Part shown: positions 58,201 to 64,000 of the stretch, piece after piece
Numbering within the stretch: the stretch's first letter is position 1
How the letters are laid out: every line of letters begins with the position of its first letter
NCBI GenBank assembly: GCA_965240325.2
Contig: OZ251222.1
Coordinates: 2,294,001-2,358,000 of the forward strand
Direction: 5' to 3'
Length of the DNA: 64,000 bases
Source: Rebecca billardiae RCC1528
Lineage: Eukaryota > Protista > Haptophyta
Translations under genes and position numbers: made by a program
The notes under the pieces: generated by a model
Seen by the model: the letters and a program-made list of their open reading frames with translations, nothing else
What the model was told of the DNA's origin: nothing
The model's database searches: none

Positions 58201-61200
58201 GCGCGCGCGGCGCCGCGCCGCCCCGCTGGCACGTGGGCTCGGTGTGCCTGGGCCACGCAGAGCACCCCGCACCCGGATCTCGCCCAGCTAGCTCGTCCTC
58301 GCCGCGCTCTGAGGCCCCCGTAGCAGTCGTAGCTGCTCGCCGCCGCCGCAGATCGTGAAGACCAGCTGCTGTCAGCTGCTCGCTCTGAGCCGGGACATGG
58401 GGCCGCGAGGAGGAGGCGCCGTGCGGCCGGGCGCGCGCGTGCGCGTCGAGCGGCCCCGGGGCGCACTGCTCACGCGTCGGCGTGCCCGCCCGGCGCGCGC
58501 ATCATCGCTCAGTCGCGCCGCTCTGCTGAGCTAGCCGCCGCTGGTCGCAGCCGTCGGCTGAGGCCGTGAGCTGCCGTCAGCTGATCTGACCCGACAAAAG
58601 TCGGCGCGAGCGCGCGCGCGCGCGCGGCGCCGCGCCGCCCCGCTGGCACGTGGGCTCGGTGTGCCTGGGCCACGCAGAGCACCCCGCACCCGGATCTCGC
58701 CCAGCTAGCTCGTCCTCGCCGCGCTCTGAGGCCCCCGTAGCAGTCGTAGCTGCTCGCCGCCGCCGCAGATCGTGAAGACCAGCTGCTGTCAGCTGCTCGC
58801 TCTGAGCCGGGACATGGGGCCGCGAGGAGGAGGCGCCGTGCGGCCGGGCGCGCGCGTGCGCGTCGAGCGGCCCCGGGGCGCACTGCTCACGCGTCGGCGT
58901 GCCCGCCCGGCGCGCGCATCATCGCTCAGTCGCGCCGCTCTGCTGAGCTAGCCGCCGCTGGTCGCAGCCGTCGGCTGAGGCCGTGAGCTGCCGTCAGCTG
59001 ATCTGACCCGACAAAAGTCGGCGCGAGCGCGCGCGCGCGCGCGGCGCCGCGCCGCCCCGCTGGCACGTGGGCTCGGTGTGCCTGGGCCACGCAGAGCACC
59101 CCGCACCCGGATCTCGCCCAGCTAGCTCGTCCTCGCCGCGCTCTGAGGCCCCCGTAGCAGTCGTAGCTGCTCGCCGCCGCCGCAGATCGTGAAGACCAGC
59201 TGCTGTCAGCTGCTCGCTCTGAGCCGGGACATGGGGCCGCGAGGAGGAGGCGCCGTGCGGCCGGGCGCGCGCGTGCGCGTCGAGCGGCCCCGGGGCGCAC
59301 TGCTCACGCGTCGGCGTGCCCGCCCGGCGCGCGCATCATCGCTCAGTCGCGCCGCTCTGCTGAGCTAGCCGCCGCTGGTCGCAGCCGTCGGCTGAGGCCG
59401 TGAGCTGCCGTCAGCTGATCTGACCCGACAAAAGTCGGCGCGAGCGCGCGCGCGCGCGCGGCGCCGCGCCGCCCCGCTGGCACGTGGGCTCGGTGTGCCT
59501 GGGCCACGCAGAGCACCCCGCACCCGGATCTCGCCCAGCTAGCTCGTCCTCGCCGCGCTCTGAGGCCCCCGTAGCAGTCGTAGCTGCTCGCCGCCGCCGC
59601 AGATCGTGAAGACCAGCTGCTGTCAGCTGCTCGCTCTGAGCCGGGACATGGGGCCGCGAGGAGGAGGCGCCGTGCGGCCGGGCGCGCGCGTGCGCGTCGA
59701 GCGGCCCCGGGGCGCACTGCTCACGCGTCGGCGTGCCCGCCCGGCGCGCGCATCATCGCTCAGTCGCGCCGCTCTGCTGAGCTAGCCGCCGCTGGTCGCA
59801 GCCGTCGGCTGAGGCCGTGAGCTGCCGTAAGCTGATCTGACCCGACAAAAGTCGGCGCGCGAGCGCGCGCGCGCGGCGCGCCGCGCCACCTCGCTGGCAC
59901 GTGGGCTCGGTGCGCCTGGGCCGCGCCGAGCACCCCGCACCCGGATCTCGCCCAGCTAGCTCGTCCTCGCCGCGCTCTGAGGCCCCCGTAGCAGTCGTAG
60001 CTGCTCGCCGCCGCCGCAGATCGTGAAGACCAGCTGCTGTCAGCTGCTCGCTCTGAGCCGGGACATGGGGCCGCGTGGAGGAGACGCCGTGCGGCCGGGC
60101 GCGCGCGTGCGCGTCGAGCGGCACCCGGGCGCACTGCTCACGTGTCGGCGCGCCCGCCCGGCGCGCGCATCATCGCTCAGTCGCGCCGCTCTGCTGAGCT
60201 AGCCGCCGCTGGTCGCAGCCGTCGGCTGAGGCCGTGAGCTGCCGTAAGCTGATCTGACCCGACAAAAGTCGGCGCGCGAGCGCGCGCGCGCGGCGCGCCG
60301 CGCCACCTCGCTGGCACGTGGGCTCGGTGCGCCTGGGCCGCGCCGAGCGTCCCGCACCCCGATCGCGCCCAGCCCGCGCGTCCTCGCCGCGCTCTGAGGT
60401 CCCCGTAGCAGTCGTAGCTGCTCGCCGCCGCCGCAGATCGTGAAGACCAGTTGCTGTCAGCTGCTCGCTCTGAGCCGGGACATGGGGCCGCGAGGAGGAG
60501 GCGCCGTGCGGCCGGGCGCGCGCGTGCGCGTCGAGCGGCCCCGGGGCGCACTGCTCACGCGTCGGCGTGCCCGCCCGGCGCGCGCATCATCGCTCAGTCG
60601 CGCCGCTCTGCTGAGCTAGCCGCCGCTGGTCGCAGCCGTCGGCTGAGGCCGTGAGCTGCCGTCAGCTGATCTGACCCGACAAAAGTCGGCGCGAGCGCGC
60701 GCGCGCGCGCGGCGCCGCGCCGCCCCGCTGGCACGTGGGCTCGGTGTGCCTGGGCCACGCAGAGCACCCCGCACCCGGATCTCGCCCAGCTAGCTCGTCC
60801 TCGCCGCGCTCTGAGGCCCCCGTAGCAGTCGTAGCTGCTCGCCGCCGCCGCAGATCGTGAAGACCAGCTGCTGTCAGCTGCTCGCTCTGAGCCGGGACAT
60901 GGGGCCGCGAGGAGGAGGCGCCGTGCGGCCGGGCGCGCGCGTGCGCGTCGAGCGGCCCCGGGGCGCACTGCTCACGCGTCGGCGTGCCCGCCCGGCGCGC
61001 GCATCATCGCTCAGTCGCGCCGCTCTGCTGAGCTAGCCGCCGCTGATCGCAGCCGTCGGCTGAGGCCGTGAGCTGCCGTAGGCTGATCTGACCCGACAAA
61101 AGTCGGCGCGCGAGCGCGCGCTCGCGCGGCGCGGCGCCGCCCCGCTGGCACGTGGGCTCGGTGTGCCTGGGCCGCGCCGAGTGCCCCGCACCCCGATCTC

Positions 61201-61475
61201 GCCCAGCTAGCTCGTCCTCGCCGCGCTCTGAGGCCCCCGTAGCAGTCGTAGCTGCTCGCCGCCGCCGCAGATCGTGAAGACCAGTTGCTGTCAGCTGCTC
61301 GCTCTGAGCCGGGACATGGGGCCGCGTGGAGGAGGCGCCGTGCGGCCGGGCGCGCGCGCGCGCGTCGAGCGGCCCCGGGGCGCACTGCTCACGCGTCGGC
61401 GTGCCCGCCCGGCGCGCACATCATCGCTCAGTCGCGCCGCTCTGCTGAGCTAGCCGCCGCTGGTCGCAGCTGTCG
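55207..61475 (-). repeat. 417-bp tandem satellite, 15 monomers
   Basis: About 6269 bp / 417 = 15.0. Confidence 0.95.
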
Positions 61476-61591
61476 TGAGACGTGACGTTAGACGTAGAGT
61501 AAGCTATAGCCTATAGGCTGATATGATATGACTCGAGATCTACTATACTGAGCAGCTAATAAACTATACCATCATTGTCCGACACTGCTCT

Positions 61592-62893
61592 TCAGCGCAC
61601 GCGCTGCTCACCCTTGGTCTCGACGCAGTCCTGCAGCCGACGCCGATAGGATTTGAACAGCGCCTGGATGAACTTCTTGTCGTTCCGTACCTCCTCGAAC
61701 TTAGCCTTCACCACCTCCTCGAACTCCTTGAAGGTTGGCCGCTGCTTGCTCGGGTTGTCGGTGCACCACTTGTGCTTCCATGCGTTGAGAAGCTGCTCCA
61801 CGCGCGCCCAGACATGCTCAATGAGCGACAAGTCGGCGCTGTTCGGCGGCCAGCTACGGCCCGGCTGACCCTCGGTCGACTTGGGGCCAAGGTGTCCCTC
61901 GGGGCCAAACCGCTCGTCGAGCCATTGGCGCACAGCCAGCGCCGTGTGGGGTGAGGCACTGTCCTGCTGGAAGATCATCTGTCTGATGAAGTTGCCGAAG
62001 AGCGCCTGGGCCTCCTTGTCCAGGAAAGGCAGCACGTCGTTCAGGTACTCCTTCCAGCACACGCCACGGCACTGCTTGCCGCGACCATTCTCATGCGTGC
62101 GGCCGTGAGTGCCCGTGGCAAAATAGAGCGGCGTGATGCCGCGAGAGCAGGCGCCGGCGTAGCCATGGATCACGCAGTCACCTGCCTGGACCTGGTTCAG
62201 CTTGCGCTTGGGCTCGTCACGCAGCGTCCACGACATCACCGTGCTCCGGTTCGTGACGTCGAACTTGAAGTACTTCGAGTCGGTGAAGAACAGCCTGTCA
62301 ACCATCGCCTTGACTCTCTGCAGCCACCGTGCGAACGCCACCCGCTTCTTCGCCTGCTGAGCCGTGATCTGCTTCCTCACCTTGAGCGGCTCCCAATCCA
62401 TCTTCTTCCGCGCCGCGCGGCGTAGCGTCTCGTCGGAGACGTCGAGCGCGGACGCATCGAGCGATCCAGCACCGACGGCGCGGCACGCAGCCTTCCGCAC
62501 ACTCTGACCAGCCGGCCCGGCGCTGAGCTCGGACGTAAGCGCCGCCTGCGCCTTGGCACTGAGGCGTGGGCGTGGACCGCGCTTCGGCTTCCCGTCAGCA
62601 TCGATGTGCCAGCCCTCCGTGTGCCAGTCCATGAACCACTTCTTCATCGTCTTCTCGGTGACCTCGGCCGACCGCGCCGCCCTCTGGAAAGCTGAGGCCA
62701 ACGGAGAGCCTTCATTGAGGCACAGCACGCACGCGCCGATCGCATGGTGAAACCTCTCCGCAGGGCCCAGGGCCTTCGGGTTGTAATCCAGAGCAATACA
62801 CTCCCGCGATACCCGCCTGTTCGGAGCGTAGCCGACGCGGTGGGCGCCTTTGCGCCCGCGCCGATCTTTGGGCGCGGTCGGCGCGCGGCCCAT
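61592..62893 (-). CDS. DD47E transposase, copy 4
   Basis: Translation identical to the other copies. Confidence 0.93.
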   Translation of the reverse strand: MGRAPTAPKDRRGRKGAHRVGYAPNRRVSRECIALDYNPKALGPAERFHHAIGACVLCLNEGSPLASAFQRAARSAEVTEKTMKKWFMDWHTEGWHIDADGKPKRGPRPRLSAKAQAALTSELSAGPAGQSVRKAACRAVGAGSLDASALDVSDETLRRAARKKMDWEPLKVRKQITAQQAKKRVAFARWLQRVKAMVDRLFFTDSKYFKFDVTNRSTVMSWTLRDEPKRKLNQVQAGDCVIHGYAGACSRGITPLYFATGTHGRTHENGRGKQCRGVCWKEYLNDVLPFLDKEAQALFGNFIRQMIFQQDSASPHTALAVRQWLDERFGPEGHLGPKSTEGQPGRSWPPNSADLSLIEHVWARVEQLLNAWKHKWCTDNPSKQRPTFKEFEEVVKAKFEEVRNDKKFIQALFKSYRRRLQDCVETKGEQRVR

Positions 62894-63373
62894 CAGCCGC
62901 CGCCGGCTGCTTGGCCACGACCGAAGATGAGTGCACGTTACGTCCCGAGCCGCCCAAAGTTGATCTTACAGCTGACGAAGCGGTGTGGCCTCTATTCGAA
63001 CTCGTTCCGTCCATGGCGAGCGCCCCATCGACGCAGCCGCCGCGTGCGCTGGGGCCGCACGCCCTCGCGGATGTGCGCTGGGCACGAGCTCGGCGCCACG
63101 GGTTGAGCTCGTCGAGCTATGACAAGCGGCGTGGCGCAAGTCCAACCCAGTGGAGGCCCCAACTGCCGGCCCCGCCGCCGCGCGGGAGCGTCCGATTAAC
63201 CTCAGCTGCTCTGCGCAAGATGTGGGCTCCTGTGCCCCACCAACTCGCCGGAGGCGGACGACGCGCTGGGATCGCTGCACGGCGGGAATATCCCCGACCC
63301 ATGTGGACCGACGCCGGCCTCGCTCGCCGTCGCCCTCGCCCTCGTTCCGACTTTTCTACTACCTGCTCACTTA

Positions 63374-64000
63374 GGGACCCACAAATTTAGTTGCCGGCTG
63401 CAGCAGGCACGACTTTGTCTCAGCCCGCACGCCCGCTACGCGCCGACCCGGGCAGAGCCCATCCGCCCGCGCATGCACCAGGCCCAGCCGCGTCAGTACA
63501 TACCCACCCGGCCGCGGCACCCGCGCTCTGTGCGCCACGGTGTCGATGCGCCCGGCAGTCGGTGCGCATGCACGAGCCAGCCGGCGGGCAGCTACGGGCT
63601 GGTTTTCGGCGTGGAGCGCGGTCGTGTGAGCTGCATTAATTCAGCTGACCCCCGGCTTTTGTGCATTCGGGAGTCGTGCTGCTACGGTGGGCGTGCCACG
63701 CGCCAACTCGACGCTGGCAAAATTAGGCGACGAAAGTGCACGCGCAGCCACACGCAGCCCATATTGATGCTCTCGGAGCAGGCTCGGGCATGCACTCGAT
63801 CGGCTCTGGCTGACGGCAGCGCCAAGCTGGCGGCGCGGCGCGAGGGTGCATGCGTGGCGTGGGCGGAGCTACGTCGCACACGCACCGCGCGGCGCGCGGC
63901 TCAGCGCACGGAGGCTGCCGACAGCCGGCGGCACGCAGGCAGGTCTGCTCGCCGCCAGTCGAGCTCGCCGGCCGCCGGGTACCAAACGTCAACCCAGGAT
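63374..64000 (+). mobile_element. 790-bp module, truncated by the window end
   Basis: Begins ctgctcact-TA-gggacccacaaatttag. Confidence 0.9.

Larger units (their letters stand above)
55207..63371 (-). mobile_element. Complete transposase-satellite module, 8165 bp
   Basis: Same TIRs and TA flanks; 15 satellite monomers plus transposase. Confidence 0.9.

Noticed and set aside
37783-61385. Dozens of 123-124 aa ORFs in the 417-bp repeat (417 = 139 codons)
   Set aside because: They start at GTG, are R/A-rich shadow translations and stop in every monomer; no ORF in the track runs through the array, and one monomer has a 2-bp indel.
37693-61475. CRISPR-like or guide-array interpretation of the satellite
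   Set aside because: No unique spacers; monomers differ only by scattered substitutions, and no Cas, TnpB or Fanzor ORF is visible.

Overview
GC-rich eukaryotic nuclear DNA with short GT-AG introns. Several proteins carry a signal peptide followed by a transit-like region, so this is probably an alga with a secondary plastid (haptophyte-like; inference). Positions 5-23.5 kb hold compact housekeeping genes (MCTS1, plastid TatB, POLD3, a DHHC palmitoyltransferase, RRP1, RNase HI-SAP, CCB3, a MAP2K, an RIIa/EF-hand protein, an SVOP-like MFS transporter, a PDZ protein), mostly as head-to-head pairs. Positions 0-5 kb and 23.6-35 kb are rich in small TIR elements and remnants, plus a sulfotransferase-like gene and a secreted-protein gene. 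From 35 kb to the end lies a modular transposon array. An identical 790-bp module alternates, always through a single TA, with a 7.75-8.2 kb module. That larger module has 9-bp terminal inverted repeats, an intact Tc1/IS630-type transposase with unusual DD47E spacing, and a 14-15 copy 417-bp satellite with higher-order structure. A TA-joined dimer of the 790-bp module without the inner module sits at 24.3-25.9 kb and has the structure of an empty or precisely excised form. A 200-N gap at 42406-42605 separates oppositely oriented copies.
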